NCBI GenBank assembly: GCA_032718475.1
Contig: JAUCBJ010000028.1
Location: 1-45,524 of the forward strand
From: Nemertoderma westbladi
Lineage: Eukaryota; Animalia; Xenacoelomorpha
Direction of reading: 5' to 3'
Length of the DNA stretch: 45,524 nucleotides
A program made the translations under genes and the position numbers. Shown here in pieces: positions 20,848-32,884 of this stretch. Position 1 is the stretch's first letter. Each line of letters starts with the position of its first letter. The notes beneath the pieces are model-generated. The model had not been told where the DNA came from. It saw only the letters and a list, made by a program, of their open reading frames with translations, and ran no database searches.

Positions 20848-23800
20848 GGGAGGTGCCACCTCAACGTAGTCCCAGGTCCCGATCCCATCAAAGAGAGGTG
20901 TCACCAATATGGAGTCCCAGGTCCCGATCCTATCAAAGAGAGGTGTCACCCCAACGTAGTCCCAGGTCCCGATCCCATCAAAGAGAGGTGTCACCAATAT
21001 GGAGTCCCAGGTCCCGATCCCATCAAAGAGAGGTGTCACCCATATGGAGTCCCAGGTCCCGATCCCAACAAAGAGAGGTGTCACCAATATGGAGTCCCAG
21101 GTCCCGATCCCAACAAAGAGAGGTGTCACCAATATGGAGTCCCAGGTCCCGATCCCATCAAAGAGAGGTGTCACCAATATGGAGTCCCAGGTCCCGATCC
21201 CAACAAAGAGAGGTGTCACCCATATGGAGTCCCAGGTCCCGATCCCAACAAAGAGAGGTGTCACCAATATGGAGTCCCAGGTCCCGATCCCAACAAAGAG
21301 AGGTGTCACCCAAACGGAGTCCTAGGTTCCGATCCCATTAAAGAGATGTGTCACCAATATGGAGTCCCAGGTCCCGATCCCATCAAAGAGAGGTGTCACC
21401 AATATGGAGTCCCAGGTCCCGATCCCAACAAAGAGAGGTGTCATCCAAACGGAGTCCCAGCTCCCGATCCCAACAAAGAGAGGTATCACCTAAATGGAGT
21501 CCCAGGTCCTGATCCCATCAAAGAGAGGTGTCACCAATATGGAGTCCGAGGTCCCGATCCCATCAAAGAGAGGTGTCACCAATATGGAGTCCCAGGTCCC
21601 GATCCCAACAAAGAGAGGTGTCACCCATAAGGAGTCCAATGTCCCGATCCCATCAAAGGGAGGTGTCACCCATAAGGAGTCCCAGGTCCCGATCCCAACA
21701 AAGGGAGTTGTCACCCAAACGTAGTCCCAGATTCAGATCCCATCAAAGAGAGGTGTCACCCATAAGGAGTCCCATGTCCCGATACCATCAAAAGGAGGTG
21801 TCACCCATAAGGAGTCCCAGGTCCCGATCCCATCAAAGGGAGGTGTCACCCATAAGGAGTCCCAGGTCCCGATCACATCAAAGAGAGGTGTCACCCAAAC
21901 GGAGTCCTAGGTTCCGATCCCATTAAAGAGATGTGTCACCAATATGGAGTCCCAGGTCCCGATCCCAACAAAGAGAGGTGTCACCCAAACGGAGTCCTAG
22001 AGGTCCCGATCCCATCAAAGAGAGGTGTCACCCAAACGGAGTCCTAGGTTCCGATCCCATTAAAGAGATGTGTCACCAATATGGAGTCCCAGGTCCCGAT
22101 CCCAACAAAGAGAGGTGTCACCCAAACGGAGTCCCAGCTCCCGATCCCAACAAAGAGAGGTATCACCTAAATGGAGTCCCAGGTCCCGATCCCATCAAAG
22201 AGAGGTGTCACCAATATGGAGTCCGAGGTCCCGATCCCATCAAAGAGAGGTGTCACCAATATGGAGTCCCAGGTCCCGATCCCAACAAAGAGAGGTGTCA
22301 CCCATAAGGAGTCCCAGGTCCCGATCCCAACAAAGGGAGTTGTCACCCAAACGTAGTCCCAGATTCAGATCCCATCAAAGAGAGGTGTCACCCATAAGGA
22401 GTCCCATGTCCCGATACCATCAAAAGGAGGTGTCACCCATAAGGAGTCCCAGGTCCCGATCCCATCAAAGGGAGGTGTCACCCATAAGGAGTCCCAGGTT
22501 CAGATCCCTTCATAGAGAGCAGTCCCAGGTCCCAATCCCATCAAAGAGAGGAGTCACTCATATGGAGTCCCAGATCCCGATCCCAACAAAGAGAGGTTTC
22601 ACCCAAATGGATTCCCAGGTCCCGATCCCAACAAAGAGAGGTTTCACCCAAATGGAGACCCAGGTCCCGATCCTAACAAAGTGAGGTGCCACCTCAACGT
22701 AGTCCCAGGTCCCGATCCCATCAAAGAGAGGTGTCACCAATATGGAGTCCCAGGTCCCGATCCTATCAAAGAGAGGTGTCACCCCAACGTAGTCCCAGGT
22801 CCCGATCCCATCAAAGAGAGGTGTCACCAATATGGAGTCCCAGGTCCCGATCCCATCAAAGAGAGGTGTCACCCATATGGAGTCCCAGGTCCCGATCCCA
22901 ACAAAGAGAGGTGTCACCAATATGGAGTCCCAGGTCCCGATCCCAACAAAGAGAGGTGTCACCCAAACGTAGTCCCAGATTCAGATCCCATCAAAGAGAG
23001 GTGTCACCCATAAGGTGTCCCATGTCCCGATACCATCAAAAGGAGGTGTCACCCATAAGGAGTCCCAGGTCCCGATCCCATCAAAGGGAGGTGTCACCCA
23101 AACGTAGTCCCAGGTCCCGATCCCATCAAAGAGAGGTGTCACCAATATGGAGTCCGAGGTCCCGATCCCATCAAAGAGAGGTGTCACCAATATGGAGTCC
23201 CAGGTCCCGATCCCAACAAAGAGAGGTGTCACCCATAAGGAGTCCAATGTCCCGATCCCATCAAAGGGAGGTGTCACCCATAAGGAGTCCCAGGTCCCGA
23301 TCCCAACAAAGGGAGGTGTCACCCAAAAGTAGTCCCAGATTCAGATCCCATCAAAGAGAGGTGTCACCCATAAGGAGTCCCATGTCCCGATACCATCAAA
23401 ATGAGGTGTCACCCATAAGGAGTCCCAGGTCCCGATCCCAACAAAGGGAGGTGTCACCCAAACGTAGTCCCAGATTCAGATCCCATCAAAGAGAGGTGTC
23501 ACCCATAAGGAGTCCCATGTCCCGATACCATCAAAATGAGGTGTCACCCATAAGGAGTCCCAGGTCCCGATCCCAACAAAGGGAGATGTCACCCAAACGT
23601 AGTCCCAGATTCAGATCCCATCAAAGAGAGGTGTCACCCATAAGGAGTCCCATGTCCCGATACCATCAAAAGGAGGTGTCACCCATAAGGAGTCCCAGGT
23701 CCCGATCCCATCAAAGGGAGGTGTCACCCATAAGGAGTCCCAGGTCCCGATCCCATCAAAGGGAGGTGTCACCCATAAGGAGTCCCAGGTTCAGATCCCT

Positions 23801-26800
23801 TCATAGAGAGCAGTCCCAGGTCCCAATCCCATCAAAGAGAGGAGTCACCCATATGGAGTCCCAGGTCCCGATCCCAACAAAGAGAGGTTTCACCCAAATG
23901 GAGACCCAGGTCCCGATCCCAACAAAGAGAGGTATCACCCAAATGGAGACCCAGGTCCCGATCCTAACAAAGTGAGGTGCCACCTCAACGTAGTCCCAAG
24001 TACCCGATCCCATCAAAGAGAGGTGTCACCAATATGGAGTCCCAGGTCCCGATCCTATCAAAGAGAGGTGTCACCCCAACGTAGTCCCAGGTCCCGATCC
24101 CATCAAAGAGAGGTGTCACCAATATGGAGTCCCAGGTCCCGATCCCATCAAAGAGAGGTGTCACCCATATGGAGTCCCAGGTCCCGATCCCAACAAAGAG
24201 AGGTGTCACCAATATGGAGTCCCAGGTCCCGATCCCAACAAAGAGAGGTGTCACCAATATGGAGTCCCAGGTCCCGATCCCATCAAAGAGAGGTGTCACC
24301 AATATGGAGTCCCAGGTCCCGATCCCAACAAAGAGAGGTGTCACCCATATGGAGTCCCAGGTCCCGATCCCAACAAAGAGAGGTGTCACCAATATGGAGT
24401 CCCAGGTCCCGATCCCAACAAAGAGAGGTGTCACCCAAACGGAGTCCTAGGTTCCGATCCCATTAAAGAGATGTGTCACCAATATGGAGTCCCAGGTCCC
24501 GATCCCAACAAAGAGAGGTGTCACCCAAACGGAGTCCTAGGTCCCGATCCCATCAAAGAGAGGTGTCACCAATATGGAGTCCCAGGTCCCGATCCCAACA
24601 AAGAGAGGTGTCACCCAAACGGAGTCCTATGTCCCGATCCCATCAAAGAGAGGTGTCACCAATATGGAGTCCCAGGTCCCGATCCCAACAAAGAGAGGTG
24701 TCACCCAAACGGAGTCCCAGCTCCCGATCCCAACAAAGAGAGGTATCACCTAAATGGAGTCCCAGGTCCTGATCCCATCAAAGAGAGGTGTCACCAATAT
24801 GGAGTCCGAGGTCCCGATCCCATCAAAGAGAGGTGTCACCAATATGGAGTCCCAGGTCCCGATCCCAACAAAGAGAGGTGTCACCCATATGGAGTCCAAT
24901 GTCCCGATCCCATCAAAGGGAGGTGTCACCCATAAGGAGTCCCAGGTCCCGATCCCAACAAAGGGAGTTGTCACCCAAACGTAGTCCCAGATTCAGATCC
25001 CATCAAAGAGAGGTGTCACCCATAAGGAGTCCCATGTCCCGATACCATCAAAAGGAGGTGTCACCCATAAGGAGCCCCAGGTCCCGATCCCATCAAAGGG
25101 AGGTGTCACCCATAAGGAGTCCCAGGTCCCGATCACATCAAAGAGAGGTGTCACCCAAACGGAGTCCTAGGTCCCGATCCCATCAAAGAGAGGTGTCACC
25201 CAAACGGAGTCCTAGGTTCCGATCCCATTAAAGAGATGTGTCACCAATATGGAGTCCCAGGTCCCGATCCCAACAAAGAGAGGTGTCACCCAAACGGAGT
25301 CCCAGCTCCCGATCCCAACAAAGAGAGGTATCACCTAAATGGAGTCCCAGGTCCCGATCCCATCAAAGAGAGGTGTCACCAATATGGAGTCCGAGGTCCC
25401 GATCCCATCAAAGAGAGGTGTCACCAATATGGAGTCCCAGGTCCCGATCCCAACAAAGAGAGGTGTCACCCATAAGGAGTCCCAGGTCCCGATCCCAACA
25501 ATGGGAGTTGTCACCCAAACGTAGTCCCAGATTCAGATCCCATCAAAGAGAGGTGTCACCCATAAGGAGTCCCATGTCCCGATACCATCAAAAGGAGGTG
25601 TCACCCATAAGGAGTCCCAGGTCCCGATCCCATCAAAGGGAGGTGTCACCCATAAGGAGTCCCAGGTTCAGATCCCTTCATAGAGAGCAGTCCCAGGTCC
25701 CAATCCCATCAAAGAGAGGAGTCACTCATATGGAGTCCCAGATCCCGATCCCAACAAAGAGAGGTTTCACCCAAATGGAGTCCCAGGTCCCGATCCCAAC
25801 AAAGAGAGGTATCACCCAAATGGAGACCCAGGTCCCGATCCTAACAAAGTGAGGTGCCACCTCAACGTAGTCCCAGGTCCCGATCCCATCAAAGAGAGGT
25901 GTCACCAATATGGAGTCCCAGGTCCCGATCCTATCAAAGAGAGGTGTCACCCCAACGTAGTCCCAGGTCCCGATCCCATCAAAGAGAGGTGTCACCAATA
26001 TGGAGTCCCAGGTCCCGATCCCATCAAAGAGAGGTGTCACCCATATGGAGTCCCAGGTCCCGATCCCAACAAAGAGAGGTGTCACCAATATGGAGTCCCA
26101 GGTCCCGATCCCAACAAAGAGAGGTGTCACCCAAACGTAGTCCCAGATTCAGATCCCATCAAAGAGAGGTGTCACCCATAAGGAGTCCCATGTCCCGATA
26201 CCATCAAAAGGAGGTGTCACCCATAAGGAGTCCCAGGTCCCGATCCCATCAAAGGGAGGTGTCACCCAAACGTAGTCCCAGGTCCCGATCCCATCAAAGA
26301 GAGGTGTCACCAATATGGAGTCCGATGTCCCGATCCCATCAAAGAGAGGTGTCACCAATATGGAGTCCCAGGTCCCGATCCCAACAAAGAGAGGTGTCAC
26401 CCATAAGGAGTCCAATGTCCCGATCCCATCAAAGGGAGGTGTCACCCATAAGGAGTCCCAGGTCCCGATCCCAACAAAGGGAGGTGTCACCCAAACGTAG
26501 TCCCAGATTCAGATCCCATCAAAGAGAGGTGTCACCCATAAGGAGTCCCATGTCCCGATACCATCAAAAGGAGGTGTCACCCATAAGGAGTCCCAGGTCC
26601 CGATCCCAACAAAGGGAGGTGTCACCCAAACGTAGTCCCAGATTCAGATCCCATCAAAGAGAGGTGTCACCCATAAGGAGTCCCATGTCCCGATACCATC
26701 AAAAGGAGGTGTCACCCATAAGGAGTCCCAGGTCCCGATCCCATCAAAGGGAGGTGTCACCCATAAGGAGTCCCAGGTCCCGATCCCATCAAAGGGAGGT

Positions 26801-29315
26801 GTCACCCATAAGGAGTCCCAGGTTCAGATCCCTTCATAGAGAGCAGCCCCAGGTCCCAATCCCATCAAAGAGAGGAGTCACCCATATGGAGTCCCAGGTC
26901 CCGATCCCAACAAAGAGAGGTTTCACCCAAATGGAGACCCAGGTCCCGATCCCAACAAAGAGAGGTATCACCCAAATGGAGACCCAGGTCCCGATCCTAA
27001 CAAAGTGAGGTGCCACCTCAACGTAGTCCCAAGTACCCGATCCCATCAAAGAGAGGTGTCACCAATATGGAGTCCCAGGTCCCGATCCTATCAAAGAGAG
27101 GTGTCACCCCAACGTAGTCCCAGGTCCCGATCCCGTCAAAGAGAGGTGTCACCAATATGGAGTCCCACGTCCCGATCCCATCAAAGAGAGGTGTCACCCA
27201 TATGGAGTCCCAGGTCCCGATCCCAACAAAGAGAGGTGTCACCAATATGGAGTCCCAGGTCCCGATCCCAACAAAGAGAGGTGTCACCAATATGGAGTCC
27301 CAGGTCCCGATCCCATCAAAGAGAGGTGTCACCAATATGGAGTCCCAGGTCCCGATCCCAACAAAGAGAGGTGTCACCCATATGGAGTCCCAGGTCCCGA
27401 TCCCAACAAAGAGAGGTGTCACCAATATGGAGTCCCAGGTCCCGATCCCAACAAAGAGAGGTGTCACCCAAACGGAGTCCTAGGTTCCGATCCCATTAAA
27501 GAGATGTGTCACCAATATGGAGTCCCAGGTCCCGTTCCCAACAAAGAGAGGTGTCACCCAAACGGAGTCCTAGGTCCCGATCCCATCAAAGAGAGGTGTC
27601 ACCAATATGGAGTCCCAGGTCCCGATCCCAACAAAGAGAGGTGTCACCCAAACGGAGTCCTATGTCCCGATCCCATCAAAGAGAGGTGTCACCAATATGG
27701 AGTCCCAGGTCCCGATCCCAACAAAGAGAGGTGTCACCCAAACGGAGTCCCAGCTCCCGATCCCAACAAAGAGAGGTATCACCTAAATGGAGTCCCAGGT
27801 CCTGATCCCATCAAAGAGAGGTGTCACCAATATGGAGTCCGAGGTCCCGATCCCATCAAAGAGAGGTGTCACCAATATGGAGTCCCAGGTCCCGATCCCA
27901 ACAAAGAGAGGTGTCACCCATAAGGAGTCCAATGTCCCGATCCCATCAAAGGGAGGTGTCACCCATAAGGAGTCCCAGGTCCCGATCCCAACAAAGGGAG
28001 TTGTCACCCAAACGTAGTCCCAGATTCAGATCCCATCAAAGAGAGGTGTCACCCATAAGGAGTCCCATGTCCCGATACCATCAAAAGGAGGTGTCACCCA
28101 TAAGGAGCCCCAGGTCCCGATCCCATCAAAGGGAGGTGTCACCCATAAGGAGTCCCAGGTCCCGATCACATCAAAGAGAGGTGTCACCCAAACGGAGTCC
28201 TAGGTTCCGATCCCATTAAAGAGATGTGTCACCAATATGGAGTCCCAGGTCCCGATCCCAACAAAGAGAGGTGTCACCCAAACGGAGTCCTAGGTCCCGA
28301 TCCCATCAAAGAGAGGTGTCACCCAAACGGAGTCCTAGGTTCCGATCCCATTAAAGAGGTGTGTCACCAATATGGAGTCCCAGGTCCCGATCCCAACAAA
28401 GAGAGGTGTCACCCAAACGGAGTCCCAGCTCCCGATCCCAACAAAGAGAGGTATCACCTAAATGGAGTCCCAGGTCCCGATCCCATCAAAGAGAGGTGTC
28501 ACCAATATGGAGTCCGAGGTCCCGATCCCATCAAAGAGAGGTGTCACCAATATGGAGTCCCAGGTCCCGATCCCAACAAAGAGAGGTGTCACCCATAAGG
28601 AGTCCAATGTCCCGATCCCATCAAAGGGAGGTGTCACCCATAAGGAGTCCCAGGTCCCGATCCCAACAAAGGGAGTTGTCACCCAAACGTAGTCCCAGAT
28701 TCAGATCCCATCAAAGAGAGGTGTCACCCATAAGGAGTCCCATGTCCCGATACCATCAAAAGGAGGTGTCACCCATAAGGAGTCCCAGGTCCCGATCCCA
28801 TCAAAGGGAGGTGTCACCCATAAGGAGTCCCAGGTTCAGATCCCTTCATAGAGAGCAGTCCCAGGTCCCAATCCCATCAAAGAGAGGAGTCACTCATATG
28901 GAGTCCCAGATCCCGATCCCAACAAAGAGAGGTTTCACCCAAATGGAGTCCCAGGTCCCGATCCCATCAAAGAGAGGTGTCACCAATATGGAGTCCCAGG
29001 TCCCGATCCCATCATAGGGAGGTGTCACGCAAACGTAGTCCCAGGTCCCGATCCCATCAAAGAGGTGTGTCACCAATATGGAGTCCCAGGTCCCGATCCC
29101 AACAAAGAGAGGTTTCACCCAAATGGAGACCCAGGTCCCGATCCTAACAAAGTGAGGTGCCACCTCAACGTAGTCCCAGGTCCCGATCCCATCAAAGAGA
29201 GGTGTCACCAATATGGAGTCCCAGGTCCCGATCCTATCAAAGAGAGGTGTCACCCCAACGTAGTCCCAGGTCCCGATCCCATCAAAGAGAGGTGTCACCA
29301 ATATGGAGTCCCAGG
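20848..29315 (+). repeat. 45-bp satellite array (~185-190 units; consensus GGTGTCACCAATATGGAGTCCCAGGTCCCGATCCCAACAAAGAGA) with ~3.0-3.3-kb higher-order repeat
   Basis: The 45-bp periodicity is directly visible. The marker variant GAGGTGCCACCTCAACG recurs at ~20850, 22683, 23974, 25851, 27007 and 29154. Confidence 0.97.
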
Positions 29316-29582
29316 GGCCGAGTAACTCAAAAAATCTTGAGATTGACCTTGAAACTAACCTTGAATCTATTTTACTAGTATTCCTATCTGAAATATTTCA
29401 AGGTCAACCTTAAGGTAGACTTAAGATTTTCCTCAAGGTAAACTTGACATTTCAAGCCGGTAACACAAAATATCTTGACTTGAGTTGAAGTCAAGTTTCG
29501 AGGTAAATTTCAAGGTAGCCATAGAGGTACCTTCAAATTTCAAGGTATCTTCAAATCAATGTTTCAGCTGTTAGCTGTTAGC
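29316..29582. repeat. CCTTGA/TCAAGG-rich palindromic repeat flanking the satellite (related copy at 43401-43570)
   Basis: The first ~40 bp (GGCCGAGTAACTCAAAAAATCTTGAGATTGACCTTGAAA) are identical to 43401-43439. Many ACCTTGA / TCAAGGT words in both orientations suggest a MITE-like sequence. Confidence 0.6.
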
Positions 29583-29794
29583 CTTCCGCTACCGGTACCG
29601 TAAGCGGCATTTTTGCAGAATACCCCAGACCCGAAATTTCTAAATAAAACTCAGTTGATCATGAATATAATGAATGATACTGTAGCTAGAGTTATACTGT
29701 ACAGCGGCACTTCTACGAGTATGTGTACCCATGACCGGGATTTTTTGGTAGTAGCTATTTTTTGCTACTTTTTTTTAAATTTTCTATATCAAAT

Positions 29795-31057
29795 TCCACG
29801 AAGCTAAGGAAAATCAACTACTTTCGCTAAGAAAGATTTTCCTTAGCTGAGATGGTCTATTCATAGTGGGCTATTTTACTTGTGTGAGGCAGATTTGGGG
29901 TTTTTTGATAGGCGAAAAAACTAGCCTTTAAAAGTACCCTGAAATTTTGCATGTATATACTACTCGGCGAGGCGCATCTTTTGGGCCGGGTCTCATATCC
30001 AGGAAAAATCTGGTTTCCATGGCAACGGACTTCAAAAAAAGTCTATGTATTTCAAGTCAATATTTATAACTCTATTTGTAGGAAAACTATAATAGATTTA
30101 AACTTGGGGTTTTGCAACACAACTATAAGGTCCATAGCAGATCCGATTGAGGCTAAATAGAAAATCCAGTTACGTTGGCAACCGGGATAAACAGATGTTA
30201 AAATTTATAAAATGATAATTTGAGGCCTAAGGGCAAGGTGTTATGACTTGAGACCAACCCCTACCCCCACTATATAACTTATTCTGCATCCGAATTACAT
30301 TGTTCTATTTTTCAGTTACCATGACAACAGCCGAAAACAGATGTTTTTATACAAAAATTATTCATTTGGACATAGACTTCGCGATAAAATTTTACAAAAC
30401 TGGGTATGTGTTATCTGCACCACTAGTTGGAACTTTTAGTGAAACTTAAATCATTCCAGAAATTTAGTTACCATGGTAACTGTAGTTTTTTAAACTCTAT
30501 ATCATTCAAGTCTATATTGATAACTCTATTTCTAGCAAAACTGTAATATATATAAACTTGGGGTTTTGTAACTCATCTATAAGGTCCATATACAAGCCGT
30601 TCGAAGTTAATTAGAAAATCCATTTACCATAGCAACAAGAGTAAACAGATGTTAAAATTAATAAAATGATAATTTGAAGCACAATTTAATAGTATTATGA
30701 CTTGGGACCAACACCTACCCCCACTATATGACTTATTCTGCATCCGAATTACATTGTTCTATTTTTCAGTTTCCATGACAACCACTGCAAACAGATGCAT
30801 TTTGATAGAAAATCTGTAATTTGGACATAAACTACAATATTTTCTGAAACTCGATGTGTTATCTGAAAAACAATCTGGACTGAATCTTTTTTCAAAGGTA
30901 AAACCAACAGTTCCAGAGAACTCTAGTTTCCATGGGAATAGAAGTTATTTATTGGCAAATGCTACTAAACTAGGCTAAGCAACGAACCAAATTGTGGCCG
31001 TTTGTTTAATTTTCCTTAGCTTCGTGGTTGCATTTCCTTTAGGAAATGCCTTTCTAG
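29795..31057 (+). mobile_element. Non-autonomous Helitron-like element H1 (full length)
   Basis: 5' TCCACGAAGCTAAGGAAAAT; 5' hairpin AGCTAAGGAAAATC...GATTTTCCTTAGCT; two internal ~455-bp repeats; 3' sub-terminal inverted repeat ATTTTCCTTAGCTTCGTGG; hairpin GCATTTCCT-TT-AGGAAATGC; terminal CTAG followed by T. Confidence 0.88.
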
Positions 31058-31329
31058 TAGCTATAGTTTTGTAAAAAAAAAATGTTCTAGAACAAATATT
31101 TTTTGTTCTAGAACATTTAAAAAAAATAAATTTATTAGAAATTATTTGTTATGTTAATAAATAGTTTAATTATCTATAAACATTGATAGCTACTAATTAT
31201 TTTCAAGCTAGCTAGTGATTTTACAAGTTTAGCTATCATTAAAAAAAAAATTTCAGAAATTAATTGAAATTATGTGTAATGAATTGTTTTTTTTTAATAA
31301 TAGGTAACTTGCAAAATCACTAGCTAGCC

Positions 31330-31873
31330 TGAATATTAAAACAACACCAATAAAAACCTGTCCCGGAGATCCCCTACCTTCTACAATCCTGAAGGGTTGC
31401 ATCCACTTATTAATTCCAGTGTTTGTATTAATCATCAACTTGTCATTCTCTACTGCAAAAGTACCGATCCTCTTCAAGGAGTCAATATTACGGCCCCTTA
31501 TTAAGAAAGTGCGCCTTGATCCAAATGTTCTAAACAACTTCAGACCAATATCTAATCTGAAGTATATAGCTAAACTCACGGAGAGAGTACCTAGTTGCAA
31601 GACAGTTAATGCATCATTTAACTATAAACTCACTACATGAACCTTTTCAGAGTGCCTATCGTAGCGCACACAGTGTTGAGACCGCCTTATTGCGTGTAAA
31701 TAACGACCTTTTACGATGCATTGATGATGGTGAGAGTGTTATTTTGATAATGCTAGGTCTATCCGCTGCTTTCGATTCGATCGATCACGATATATTGCTT
31801 TCCACTCTAAAGAACGATTTTGGTATCTACGGCCAGACTCTAAATTGGTTCAAATCTTATTTGTCAGATCGGA
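31330..31873 (+). pseudogene. CR1/L2-group LINE RT fragment (first of four pieces)
   Basis: KTCPGDPLP, NFRPISNLKYIAKLTER, QSAYRSAHSVETALL, LSAAFDSIDH, WFKSYLSDR. Continues at 35148-35162, 37491-37597 and 38866-38890. Confidence 0.9.
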
Positions 31874-32884
31874 TCCACGAAGCTAAGGAAAATCAACTAC
31901 TTTCGCTAAGAAAGATTTTCCTTAGCTGAGATGGTCTATTCATAGTGGGCTATTTTACTTGTGTGAGGCAGATTTGGGGTTTTTTGATAGGCGAAAAAAC
32001 TAGCCTTTAAAAGTACCCTGAAATTTTGCATGTATATACTACTCGGCGAGGCGCATCTTTTGGGCCGGGTCTCATATCCAGGAAAAATCTGGTTTCCATG
32101 GCAACGGACTTCAAAAAAAGTCTATGTATTTCAAGTCAATATTTATAACTCTATTTGTAGGAAAACTATAATAGATTTAAACTTGGGGTTTCTCAACACA
32201 ACTATAAGGTCCATAGCAGAGCCGATTGAGGCTAAATAGAAAATCCAGTTACGTTGGCAACCGGGATAAACAGATGTTAAAATTTATAAAATGATAATTT
32301 GAGGCCTAAGTGCAAGGTGTTATGACTTGAGACCAACCCCTACCCCCACTATATAACTTATTCTGCATCCGAATTACATTGTTCTATTTTTCAGTTACCA
32401 TGACAACAGCCGAAAACAGATGTTTTTATACAAAAATTATTCATTTGGACATAGACTTCGCGATAAAATTTTACAAAACTGGGTATGTGTTATCTGCACC
32501 ACTAGTTGGAACTTTTAGTGAAACTTAAATCATTCCAGAAATTTAGTTACCATGGTAACTGTAGTTTATTAAACTCTATATCATTCAAGTCTATATTGAT
32601 AACTCTATTTCTAGCAAAACTGTAATATATATAAACTTGGGGTTTTGTAACTCATCTATAAGGTCCATATACAAGCCGTTCGAAGTTAATTAGAAAATCC
32701 ATTTACCATAGCAACAAGAGTAAACAAATGTTAAAATTAATAAAATGATAATTTGAAGCACAATTTAATAGTATTATGACTTGGGACCAACACCTACCCC
32801 CACTATATGACTTATTCTGCATCCGAATTACATTGTTCTATTTTTCAGTTTCCATGACAACCACTGCAAACAGATGCATTTTGA
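31874..32884 (+). mobile_element. Helitron-like H2 (3'-truncated, fused to H3)
   Basis: Starts A|TCCACG. Breaks at ...CATTTTGA, where intact copies continue TAGAAAAT. Confidence 0.88.

Noticed and set aside
20848-29315. CRISPR-like array
   Set aside because: The units are contiguous 45-bp tandem repeats with point variants and no unique spacers. There are no cas genes and the context is eukaryotic.
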